64,000 nucleotides of DNA from Eledone cirrhosa (lineage: Eukaryota), in contig OZ024743.1 in the NCBI GenBank assembly GCA_964016885.1, forward strand, positions 262,508,001-262,572,000, read 5' to 3'. Positions within the stretch are counted from its first letter, which is position 1; each line of letters opens with the position of its first letter. A model generated the notes under the pieces. That model did no database searches. It was given only the letters and a program-made list of their open reading frames with translations, and was not told where the DNA came from. The translations under genes and the position numbers were made by a program. This document shows positions 25,950-37,244 of this stretch, one piece after another.

Positions 25950-26500
25950 GGTGGTCTTTTAATTTTCATCATGAAATTCAACTTTTTGTGGTCATTTTCC
26001 ACTACTTTATCCCATGTCTTCCTCAAACCCCATCCACTGTGATTACTCAGCATTTCTCTATACAGCTGACATCTTCCATGCACATTACCAGTGTACACTA
26101 GATCTGATTCCTCTTGTACCTACTTTTTCTCTCAGCTCATTTATATTTCATCATTCATGTACACTAACATTATACATCGACCACAGCATAATTGCTTCGT
26201 TTCCTTCTACTCTTTACAGTCAAAGCCCATGTCTCCCTACCATATTTCATTGCAATTTGAACATAAGCATCATAGAGGCTATCTTTCATACTGAAAAGGA
26301 AGCCCTTTGTTGCTCTCAGAGGTAATAGTTCCCTGAAGTTTTCCCAACAAGTTCTTATTTTAGATACTATGTCTTCAGCTATCTTTACGGCTGATTAGGT
26401 TACCTAAGTAATCAGCAATGCTCCAGCATTTGAGAGAATCTAATTCATGTGTGCTCTTAGTGCTTATTGCTTTCGTGCATCTGCTGCGTATAAAGTCTAC
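25950..26500 (-). mobile_element. Decayed RTE LINE fragment whose 3' end runs directly into the 57-bp array
   Basis: Minus strand: IRTCWENFRELL...KGF..., then LRKTWDKVVENDHKKLNFMMK, homologous to GRPRKTWDDLINSDLTHLHLSKTM. A further RTE fragment lies at 23395-23620 (-). Confidence 0.85.
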
Positions 26501-27116
26501 CTTTTCTGTTATATACATATATTTGTGTGTTTTTGTGTGTGTGTGTGTGTATATGCAAATGTGTTAGATACACAAGTATATATATATATATGGTGTAAAT
26601 AAGAGCCATGTGTACAGTCAGATATTGAGGCTGAGGCGCAGCTAGAAGTGAACAGAGAAAACGTAATGATGATGGGACTGATGATGGCAATTATGATGGT
26701 GATGATGGTGATGATGGTGATGGTTGTAGTGGTGTTGATGGTTGTAGTTGAAGTGATGATTATAGTGGTGGCGATGTTTATGGTGATGTTGTTTATAGTG
26801 TGTGTGTGCTAATGTAATGTTGTTAAGGATAACAGCTGAAGGAACCTAACATGCCCTAAAGATATGTCATCAGGTTTAAATATAAATAATTTATTATTGT
26901 AATGTTTGGATTATTGACTAACTCCGCCAACGGCTAATAAGGACATGTTGTGTGTGCATGTGCACACACATTTGCATGCACATGCACACACACTCATGCA
27001 TGTATACATGTACATATACACACACTTGTTCACAAACATGTCTACAGACAATATATATATATATATAATTGTAATAAAACGCATGTGACCCCTTGGTTTG
27101 TCATGAAAATTGTAGA

Positions 27117-27648
27117 ATTGGCAGTATCGGTAGAGGGTCGGACGCCATGCTTTGACGCATAGAGTTACGGCCCTTGCCATTCTGAATTCAAATCCCGCCG
27201 AGGTTAACTTTGCCTTTCATCCTTACGGAGTCGATAAAATAAAGTACCAGTAATGCACTGGGTAATTGCTGGCCTTGTGCCAAAAGTAGAAACAATTATA
27301 TAATAAAGGGGGTCGACAAAATAAAGTACCAGTAATGTACTGGGTAATTGCTGGCCTTGTACCAAAAGTAGAAACAATTATATAATAAAGGTAGAAGTGC
27401 GGGTCTGTGCCCTGAATATATTCTTTTATCCAGTTAGTAAAATAAGTTGGTTACTTTGAATAAATAATTGTTTCTACTTTTGGCACAAGGCCAGCAATTA
27501 CCCAGTACAATACTGGTACTTTATTTTATCGACCCCGTAAGGATGAAAGGCAAAGTTAACCTCGGCGGGATTTGAACTCAGATCGTAAAGGGAAGTAACT
27601 ATGCTGGAAAGCATGTCCGACCCTCTACCGATACTGCCAATCCACCGC
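27117..27648. mobile_element. Tail-to-tail pair of young Nin-domain SINEs
   Basis: 27117-27300 (+) with a partial 3' duplication to about 27385, and 27465-27648 (-). Confidence 0.9.
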
Positions 27649-28959
27649 CTTTGAATAAATAATGAATGAATATTACATAATTTATGTACTAAATTTCGTA
27701 GCCGTTGATTAAACATAAATATTCTTATATACAATGATTGCTTATTTTATGATTCATTGCTTTTAAAATTTTCAAATATCAATACTTCCGGTTATGGTAT
27801 AACGGATGCTATATCACATATTGCTTATATAAACGTTCATACATTTGCCTTGTTATATCATAACGTTTATATTTCTGTACTAATTTTCTTTTTCGTTTTC
27901 ATAAAATTTTGCTGTAATGCAGTTTATATATAATATCGTCTTTTTTAAATGTATCATGGATTACTGTACTGATTACAGAAGTCAGTGTAACAGAGTCTCT
28001 CTTCAATTTCTGTGCATATTCTCAATTACGATTTTATTTGACATATCATATCTACATGCATATATATATTTGCATATAATATCAATATGCACACTACACA
28101 TGCTAGCAGAAAACCACCAGAAGAGTGGTTTTTCTGCTAGTATATATAAATCAGTGTATCAAACCAATGAAGAAAAAGATTAAAAATTTCTTCTTATTTT
28201 CTATAACTAACAATATAGAAAATAATTTTTTGAGGACATTAATATACATACACATAATCTCTGTATCCAATACCCTATCCAAGATTACCCCACCCCTCTC
28301 CCCCTTTCACTCATTGTAAAATTCCACCACATCTATCAAACACCCATAACATGCTTTCTTGTCCCTTCTCTCCCTCCCCCACCACAATTGCCATGCACAT
28401 ATGACAGTATACTTGTAATCCACCCCCTATCAAGTCTCCCCTATAGAATAGAGAGGGCTCTTTATTCCAGTCCATGTTAACAACTTTCCTAGAGTGAGTG
28501 CCATGATAAAATGCATCCAGTACACTCTGTAAAGTTGTTGGTGTCAGGAAGGATTTCAAGGCATGCCAAAGAGTAGAGACAACTCTTCAGTCATGGCATA
28601 GCAACTGCTCTTGCGTTGATGACATGATAGAATTGCACCCAGTACACTCTGTAAAGGGGTTGGTGATAGGAAGGGCATCCAGCCATAAAAAAAAAACGTT
28701 AAGAGGACTCTTCAATTGTGTTGAAGGCATGACAGCATCCCTAGTAAAGTTATCAAAATAGGATGCACCTGGTACACCACTCTGTAGGGTGCAGGAATGT
28801 ATCTCCCAGCCCGTATGAGAGGTCAGTAGCTCCAATTAAATACTGACTTGGTTTGTAACAAGCAGTCCACTCCTTGATAGCTGGGCGAATGGATATTAAA
28901 TGAATGAATGATAATGCAAATGTATATAGTTTATCTAAGATACGACCACCTTAGTATTC

Positions 28960-30330
28960 CCTTGCTTATATTGCAACGAGAAGTTAAGAATTCTTTATTT
29001 CACAGTTACTTCTTAAGTCCAAATAAAGAACCATTTCAATAGTACCTCCACATCATTTAAAAAATAAAATTATATACTTCCATTAAGATTCTCTTTGCAG
29101 CATTGATCTGTGAAGTGTTTTCTAATTTTTTCTTAAAACATATAATTTTTTCTTAAAACATATAGAATTCAGCAGGATGGAAATATGTTAAATTGAGAGA
29201 GTAGCAAATATATTTTATGAGAATTGAGTTTGGATTTTTTAATATCATAAGAGCAGTTTTGACAAAGTTGTTTGAGCATTGGACAAATGCTTAGCAGTAT
29301 TTGTTCAGCTCTTTATGTTCTGAGTTCAAAACCTGCTGAGGTTAGCTTTGCCTTTCATCCTTATGGGAGGGGGGAGGGTCAATAAAATAAAGCACCATTA
29401 ATACACCGGTTGATTTAAGTGACTTAATATTAAGTGACTTAATATTAAGTAACTTAATATTAAGTGACTTAATTTAATTTCCTCAAATCTATCGTGGTTA
29501 ACTTTACCTTTCATGCCTCAGAATTCAATAAAATAAAGTACCAGTCAAGTATTAGAGTTAATTTAATCAGCCGTGCTCTTCCTCACAAATTTGTTGGCCT
29601 TGTGCTTAAATTAGAAATCAATATTCATTCCCATACCACTCAAGAAGAACTTGATGCAACACTTCATCATCAAAGATTTTTTCACAGGAATTATTCCTAA
29701 AATTTTTATTTTATCGTTTATTGTATGTAATATCTAACATGCCAACATGCATGCTTTGCACAAGCAAATCAGTTGATTCATCCAAAATTAAGGAGAATTG
29801 ATTGTTACTTAAGTTTTCACTTTGTTCTTTCAGTATGGATAGAATAATAATTTTTTTTTTTTTAAATGCTGTTCTATGTAGTTTCAAATATGATAGAGCA
29901 ATCATTTTTTTTTGTAAGTGATGTGCCTATTTTTCTATGCAGTTTCAAATACGCTACAATTAATGATAAAGGAATTCCTTTATTAATAAATTCTAAAATA
30001 ATCGATGCGATGAATACTTGCTTAATAAACTACAAGTGCTGCTAACTGTACTTCTAATTTTGTTATTTTACTACTGGTAAAATAACTGGTTTGGTGTTTT
30101 GTTGTGAATCTGAGTTATATGATCAGTTAAACTTGAGTTTATTACAACACTGTTTTATGATCAGCTGAAAAGCATGCTTTGTTACATAAGTTTTGTGAGT
30201 TCTCATTTCAACATTACACACTTTCCATCAAGCTTTATTACTATTCTCTTTTATTTCCCTCATAGAATTTGAAAATCAGGGATTGGTTGTACAGTGGGTG
30301 TCAATGGCTATTTTCTGCAGCGATGCCTTT
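28960..30330 (-). pseudogene. Decayed hAT transposase (BED finger + catalytic N-terminal block), interrupted by SINEs at about 29260-29630
   Basis: Minus strand: NSNKA*WKVCNVEMRTHK..TKHA (BED-like, about 30170-30270), then LKLHRT...LSNNQFSLILDESTD (ORF 29711-29905). Confidence 0.75.
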
Positions 30331-32137
30331 GCTATTTTGTCTGTGGGGTTATCTGAAACATACCACTTCCCTTTCTTTCCCTTTCTTTCGTTGCTTAATT
30401 TGTTTTTTGTTTTTTCTTTTTTTTCCCTTTCTTTTTCATTTCCGTGTACAACTTGTATCAAATTTTCTCTTTAATAAACCATTGATTTAAGAATATGTTC
30501 ATAGAAAAGATACCCGAAAGCTCTTATTACTCACAAGTAGTTATTATGTATTCTGATGTATAATAATCACACTTACATATGGTCCTTTGCTCTACTGAAT
30601 GCATTTTTTTGTGACACCAGCCCTAGGGAAGTTGTCATGTCATTGACACAACTGAAGGGTTCTTCTGATCCTTTGTTTGGCAGGTTTTCTATGGCTGGAT
30701 GGCCTTTCTATCACCAACCACTTTATGGCGTGTATTGAGTGTATTTATCATCTAGATCACCAACACTAAGGAGGGTGTCAAGTCTTTGACACAACTGAAT
30801 GGTCCTCCTGATCTTTTGTTGGACAAGTTTTCTATGGCTGGATACCATTCCTATCACCAGCCCTTTACAGTTTGTTTTGGGTGTGTTTACCCTAGAAACA
30901 GTACCTAACCCTGCCTAGTGTATAAATACCTGAAATAAATAGTCATTTGGGGTTCATGATATTTTGTGCTTTGAAGACTGTTGACAACGTTCAGTTGGTC
31001 TAGGAATGTTGATTCACTCAGAATTGTTGCATCCAAACCACCCTGAAGATTATTTTCATTGAGCTTCATAAAAATGTGCAAAAATATACAAACATATGAC
31101 ACCTTATATATATCTGTATCTGTATGCATTATAATGCTAATTAGATTTTCTTGTATAAGTCTACTGATACTAAGCCACACTGTAATTAGGCACCAGCAAC
31201 ACCTATAAGATGTTTAACAACACATACACACACACTATTTATGTACACCCGACAAATGTTTCTGATGTCACTTATTAATATGTGGTTCTCCTCCTACCCC
31301 ATTGACTTTGGTATTAAGATGATGAAAACTTCACACTGTTGTGTCTGATGAGAAACAGCAGGTTGTCTGAGTGATGGAACTAGTGGGTGACTGATTAAAT
31401 ACTACTATTGCATGTGTGGGGAATACTGAGGTGGTGGTGGGTATATTGTGGGTAAAGCTGTTGGTGATAGTGATTAAGGTGATGGTGGTTGTGGTGATAT
31501 TGATGGGTGGGGCTGCGGGTTGTGGTGGGGCTAGGGCTGATGGTAATTGTGACAAGATAGTTGGGGTGGAGGTATTAGTGGTGAGATGCTGGTGGTATTG
31601 GTGGTGGTGATGGAATCAGTAGTGAAATGGTGATAGTGTGGTGATGGTGATGGTATTGGCGATATGATACTGGTGGTGTTGTTTGTGGTGATGATAGTAT
31701 CCATGGTGAGATGGTGTTGGTGGTGGTGATGATGCTATTAGTGGTGAGATGGTGTTGGTGGTGATGGTATTAATGGTGAGATGCTGATGGTGTTGGTTTT
31801 AAAAACAGACACTGTATGATTGAAACTAAATACTAATTCATATTAAAAACAACCAAATTAATATAATTTATTAATTAAAGAGAGTAATTGAAATAATGAT
31901 CTGTTCTTCACACTGAGTTATATTTCTAATTAGATTTTTGATGCTCTGTATGTTTGCTCCCTACTTAACTATTGGTTTTTCTGCAGATGGTTTAGATTCA
32001 ATCCCACTACATGGCACCTTGGGCAAACATTTTCTCCTATAGCATTAGGATAATCAATGCCTTGTGAGTGAAATTTGATAGACAGAAACTGTATGGAAGT
32101 TTGCCATATCTATCTATCTACCTTTATACATATGTAT

Positions 32138-32173
<36 letters not shown>

Positions 32174-32265
32174 TAGTAATAAAATAAATTTGAAGACTAA
32201 AATCCAAAGAGGGCTCGATAAGGATAAATATATATCAAATATATAAGAACCGTAGAGCAAATATT

Positions 32266-32393
32266 TATTAAAATAACAGATTAAAGTTTAAGCAAAAAAT
32301 CACTGCTTTCACCCTTAACGGGATCTTCTGAAGTTTCAGAAGATCCCGTTAAGGGTGAAAGCAGCGATTCTTTGCTTAAACTTTAATCTGTTA

Positions 32394-32401
<8 letters not shown>
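32266..32401. repeat. Near-perfect palindrome (67-bp arms, 2-nt spacer, 2 mismatches) formed from a dispersed PLE-tail-like repeat
   Basis: 32266-32332 is the reverse complement of 32335-32401. Single copies of the repeat occur at about 9580-9718, 12890-12960 and 20785-20833. Confidence 0.95.
32332..32382 (+). ncRNA. Type I hammerhead-ribozyme-like fold (U4A core variant)
   Basis: AGTTT-CAGAAGA-t-CCC(gttaa)GGG-t-GAA-AGCA(gcgattctt)TGCT-T-AAACT. All three stems pair in correct register. A second copy lies at 12890-12940. Confidence 0.6.
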
Positions 32402-32449
<48 letters not shown>

Positions 32450-33359
32450 AAAAGAGTCAGGACCCTAACGGCTAAGCTCCGGCCGTTTCGACAGCTATAT
32501 ATAACGAGTAAGTTTATTATATATATAACAGCTTCCCCAAAAAAGCAAATATATTTTCAGAATTTCTAATTTCCCTAATGCTTTATAAATTAACCAAATG
32601 TTGTTTACACTTATAGCTTTAACGCTTAAAGATTCTAAAAGATGGTTATAATCAACCAGATGTGTGTTGGTGCAATAGTTAAACATGATCTTCTGGTATA
32701 TGACAGATGTGTGGTTCATTTCCTGAAGGTGTTTCTGGGCACTTTTTTCCATCTCCAGGGATACGTTACCTGACTTATTAAGATGTTATTTATAGATAAC
32801 AACTATTATTTCTTTCTTGGCAGAGCTGTTATACTAGTGAATGGGTCATAAGTGGCAGATAGCAATATGGCCATCAGATATGATGGTTAGTTGCAATATA
32901 TGTGGGCTCCTGTTGGATGAATAAGCAGCCCTGAACCAACGGTGGTAGTCTACTAGGAGTGATGGAGCAATGGATGACATTACTAACTCCCAAAATAACT
33001 CTCACAACCCAGTGATGTAGCAGCTATGGTGAGGCAATTAAAGGTCACCTCTAAAAAAACCTACTCTTCACGGGTCTGAGAAAAGTACCAAATTGGTGAT
33101 TGGCACAAATGATGCCACCAAAAAATTGCAATATGGCTGGAATCAATAAAGACATTCATACTGCATCATCCTTCATGTGGGATAACATGGGATACATTCA
33201 AGCCTTAGGTAGAGGGGGCCTGTAAAAATATATTGCAGTCTCCACCCAATGCTGCAAGAACTGGTGCTGGGCTTGCAACTTGTCCGGGGGGGGGGGGTAT
33301 GGGATGGATGCACTAAGTTAATGTATCACAAGACCCCAGAGAGGATCTGAAAGGGAGCA

Positions 33360-34460
33360 AATCTTGACAACTGACAGGATAAAGTGGGAAGTGTTAGAAG
33401 ATAAGAAAGTCAGGTACAAGTTTGTGGATACTATTGTATCCAATTTCAAAGAACCTCTGAGCAAACTGAAGAGGCTGAATTGGAGTGGAAACAGTTCAGT
33501 TTGGCAGTTTCTATTTCAGCTGTTGAATTCTGTGAGCAAAAGTGACTTGTGGTGGCACCATGTGGCTGGAGGACCCCTTGGTTCTATCAAGTGGTCAAAG
33601 ATGTCATCTTAGCAAAGCTCGGCTTGGAAATAAATCCTCCTTCATGTCTGCCATCAGGAACATGTATGGGGTTCTCCTCTCTTCAGTGAGGTGCATCCTT
33701 ACAAGGTGAGAAGAATACCTTGCTGATCTCCTAAACCTGGTCATAACAGCATATCATTATATACATGAGATGCATCTGGGAGCGATGACTAACCTCTCGG
33801 AGGCTGATGTCACAAGAGTAATTAAAGAGCTCAAATGTTGCAAGGCTGCTGGAGAGGATGAAATTTGGCCCAAGATGTTAAAAGTTTTAAATGGAGAAAG
33901 TGCTCTCTGGATGGTTTGCAATGGCAATTAGTGTAATAATCCTAATCTTCAAAAAGGGAGAGAAGAGAGATTGTTTCAATTATAGAAGGATCTCCTTGTT
34001 AAGCCTCCCCAGTAACATCTATACTAAGTGTCTGGCAAAGAGATGTGGGGATGTTGTCTAGTCCTAGCGAACTGACAAACAAGTGAGTTTCATTCTGGAC
34101 ACAGTACAGTCATCCAAATATTCACACTGCGGCAGGTCTTTGAGAAGTCATGGGAGAACTGCCAAGAAGTGTATCCTTGTTTCATACACCTCTAAAAGGC
34201 ATATGACCATGTTCCACAGGACCTGTTGCAGAATGTTCTGCCGGAGTATGGGATTGATGCTTCTTGTTGCCCTGATATCCCTAAATAAATGGTGCTATGT
34301 TGAAACCACTCCACATGGATGTCAGACTCCACCAAGGGTGCATACTGTCACCCCTTTGTTCATAATTTTCATGGACAAGATTGACATGCGCAGTTGGGCT
34401 GGAAGTAGTATCAAGAATGGTGGGTGTAGGGTCAGTCAGCTGGAATTTGCGAACTCATTA
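33360..34460 (+). mobile_element. Decayed RTE LINE of a second family (no PHD insert)
   Basis: KAAGEDEIWPKMLK, IILIFKKGEKRDCFNYRRISLLSLP, KAYDHVP and PLFIIFMDKID are spread across frames. Confidence 0.85.
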
Positions 34461-34582
34461 GAAGGAATATGTCATCATGAAGCATACATACGAGGAAAGG
34501 CATTCCAACCATGACTGTCTTATCTTTTATTCAGCTATAGTGTATCTAAGACTACTTTATCTAATGTATTCTTGCAGTTTAA

Positions 34583-34826
34583 CCTTTTAGAATTTACATT
34601 CTCTTCATTTAAATATAATAATATTCATGAAAATATAATAATATTTTCATGGTAATGGCTTTACCTCACATAATTATCTTTTGTAATATCGAATCTATGA
34701 GATTTTGATATTATTTATTTTGAGAACAATACGTTAAGATCAATATGTGTGGTCAGTTACAGCCAGTTTGAACAGAAAGAGGTGAGAGAATTCTGGCCGG
34801 TTTTAGCCGGTTTAAATGCTAAAGGG
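34583..34826. mobile_element. piggyBac-type MITE
   Basis: TTAA-CCTTTTAGAATTTA...TAAATGCTAAAGGG-TTAA. The interior is homologous to 6532-6751. Confidence 0.85.
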
Positions 34827-34904
34827 TTAATAAGAAATATATGGCTGCTATTTCTAGTGGAATGAACAACTTAGAAGGAAGCTCTCTCATTGGTTTGTCT
34901 ATGA

Positions 34905-35150
34905 AGAGGTAGATGAAGAGAATGACAATAACAAAGTATTGGCTACTGTCTTATAGGTTTGTGGTTGAGCCTGTAGCAGTGGAGACGTCCGGTATTCTTG
35001 TCCCTGGACCACATCCCTACTCACTATTATTGAAGTGGAGTTGGCTGCCTGCAAGTGCAAGCCTTGCAAGGTGGAGTGCCTGTTCCAGTACATCTCCTTT
35101 GCCATCCTCTAGGGCAATGTCTTCTCCATCCTGTCAGCTGGGACCATGAG
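34905..35150 (+). mobile_element. 3' fragment of a CRE-like (restriction-like endonuclease) non-LTR retrotransposon
   Basis: TKYWLLSYRFVVEPVAVETSGIL, then after a frameshift ECLFQYISFAIL*GNVFSILS. This matches the K.Y....F.PVAVET.G......LFQR.S.A..RGN...I C-terminus of CRE-clade ORFs. Confidence 0.7.
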
Positions 35151-36609
35151 GCAGATGGCATATTAAGGTAGGAGTAGGGTGGCAGTCTTCAGACAAAAGG
35201 GTTAATAATGCTGATACACACACACACTCACAAACTACTATATATAGTTCAAGATTATTATGAATGATAAGGTTATTGTTTAAGCCCAGCTCAACTGTAA
35301 TTGAGCAGACCTGTGATCTGTAGCATTCTACTCACAGCTACCCTGTTCTTTTAGGGATATCTAATGAATCCTTCCCTTTTAACCTTTTAAGTCGTTTAAG
35401 AGTTGATTTTGTTGCTATTTCTAGCAGGGTGAACAACCATGTCGAGGCTCAATATGGAGAGGATGATGGGGGAGATGGTGGTGGTGAGGCTGACTCCGCC
35501 ACCACCATCACCACCACTTCTTATACCATTACTCCACCTACCCATCCACACTCCACTAGACAATCTGTCTATCTTGAGACTGTTCACCTGTTCAGAAATT
35601 GCATTAAGAACAGGTGAGTGGTTTATATGGTTTCTCTGTACAGGAAGCAGTATTTGGTGTGTAGTTATGCATGTGTGTGTAGTTATGTGTGTGTGTGTAG
35701 TTATGTGTGTGTGTAGTTATGTGTGTGTGTAGTTATGTGTGTGTGTGTGTGTAATTATGTGTGTGTGTGTAGTTATGTGTGTCTGTGTGTAGTTATGTGT
35801 GTGTGTGTGTGTGTGCAGTGATATATGTATGTGTATTTTTATGTGGGATGTATAATGGTGCACATATATGTGTAAATATATATAATGGTGCACATGTATG
35901 TGTAAAAATGTGTGTGTATGTAGAGTGTGAAATTGTATGTGTGATATGTGTATATATGTGTGGAATGTGTATGAGTGATGCATGTATATGGGATGTAATA
36001 TTGTATGTGTTTGCAGAGTATGTGTGATATGTATGTATGTATGAATTTATATTTATGTATGTATGTATTTATGTATTTATGTATTTATGTATATATGTAT
36101 GTATTTATGTATATATGTATGTATATATGTATGTATATATATATGTATATGTATGTATTTATGTATGTATAGAGTGCGTTATGGCATTATGATACATGTG
36201 TTTATGTGTGCTGATCTAAATCTGTGAAAGGAAGGAGAAAACCAATTCAAGATTTTTCATAAACATTTCTCTTCTCTTCTGAGAGGGATGGGACATACCA
36301 ACAATATATTTATGTTGTTCCAGATTGGATATTAGGGATAATAACTGAGTGAGGGCTAATAGAATGAATGTTGGTTTGTGGATGGAAAATATTAGCATAT
36401 CAGGAGTTCCAGAAGGCCAATGGGGTGGGGGGGGGGGGGGGGGCGAAACAAAAACTAAAATGACCATCAATTCACCACCAAGTGCGACAATCGACTGCAC
36501 ATCATAAGGGTCAATGAAACACTTTGAGGCAAGCCAACACTCAACATTAACACCGGTGATGGTGAGGCTAAGGCGCAGAAATGACCAGGCACCCTCACAG
36601 GCATCAATT

Positions 36610-37158
36610 TACCCTACATGATCCAAATAGTAGTGTACTACCAGGTGTTACCCCACATGATCCTAATAGTGGTGTTCTACCAGGTGTTACCCCACATGAT
36701 CCTAATAGGGTGTTCTACCAGGTGTTACCCCACATGATCCTAATACTGGTGTTCTACCAGGTGTTAGCCCACATGATCCAAATAGTGTTCTACCAGGTGT
36801 TACCCCACGTGATCTGAATAGTGTTCTACCAGGTGTTACCCCACATGATCCTAATACTGGTGTTCTACCAGGTGTTACCCCACATGATCCTAATAGGGTG
36901 TTCTACCAGGTGTTACCCCACATGATCCTAATCGTGTTCTACCAGGTGTTACCCCACATGATCCTAATAGTGGTGTTCTACCAGGTGTTACCCCACATGA
37001 TCCTAATCGTGTTCTACCAGGTGTTACCCCACATGATCCTAATAGTGGTGTTCTACCAGGTGTTACCCCAATGATCCTAATAATGGTGTTCTACCAGGTG
37101 TTAACCCACGTGGTCCAAATAGTGTTCTACCAGGGGTTACCCACATGATCCGAATAGC
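36610..37158. repeat. Minisatellite, about 14-15 copies of a 36-39-bp unit
   Basis: Unit GTGTTCTACCAGGTGTTACCCCACATGATCCTAATAGTG, with length variation in the AATAG(TG/GG) segment. Confidence 0.97.
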
Positions 37159-37244
37159 ATAAAATCATCAAAATAGAACCTATGAGCAAGATGTGGATAT
37201 CTGACCCATGTAGTCTTCGACTGACAATCTGTCCAACCCATGCT

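Noticed and set aside
29415-29472. 4 x 15-bp self-complementary repeat TAAGTGACTTAATAT (also 3 x 18-19 bp at 5758-5812) as regulatory operators
   Set aside because: Short slippage duplications within or next to decayed SINE/LINE sequence, with no supporting context.
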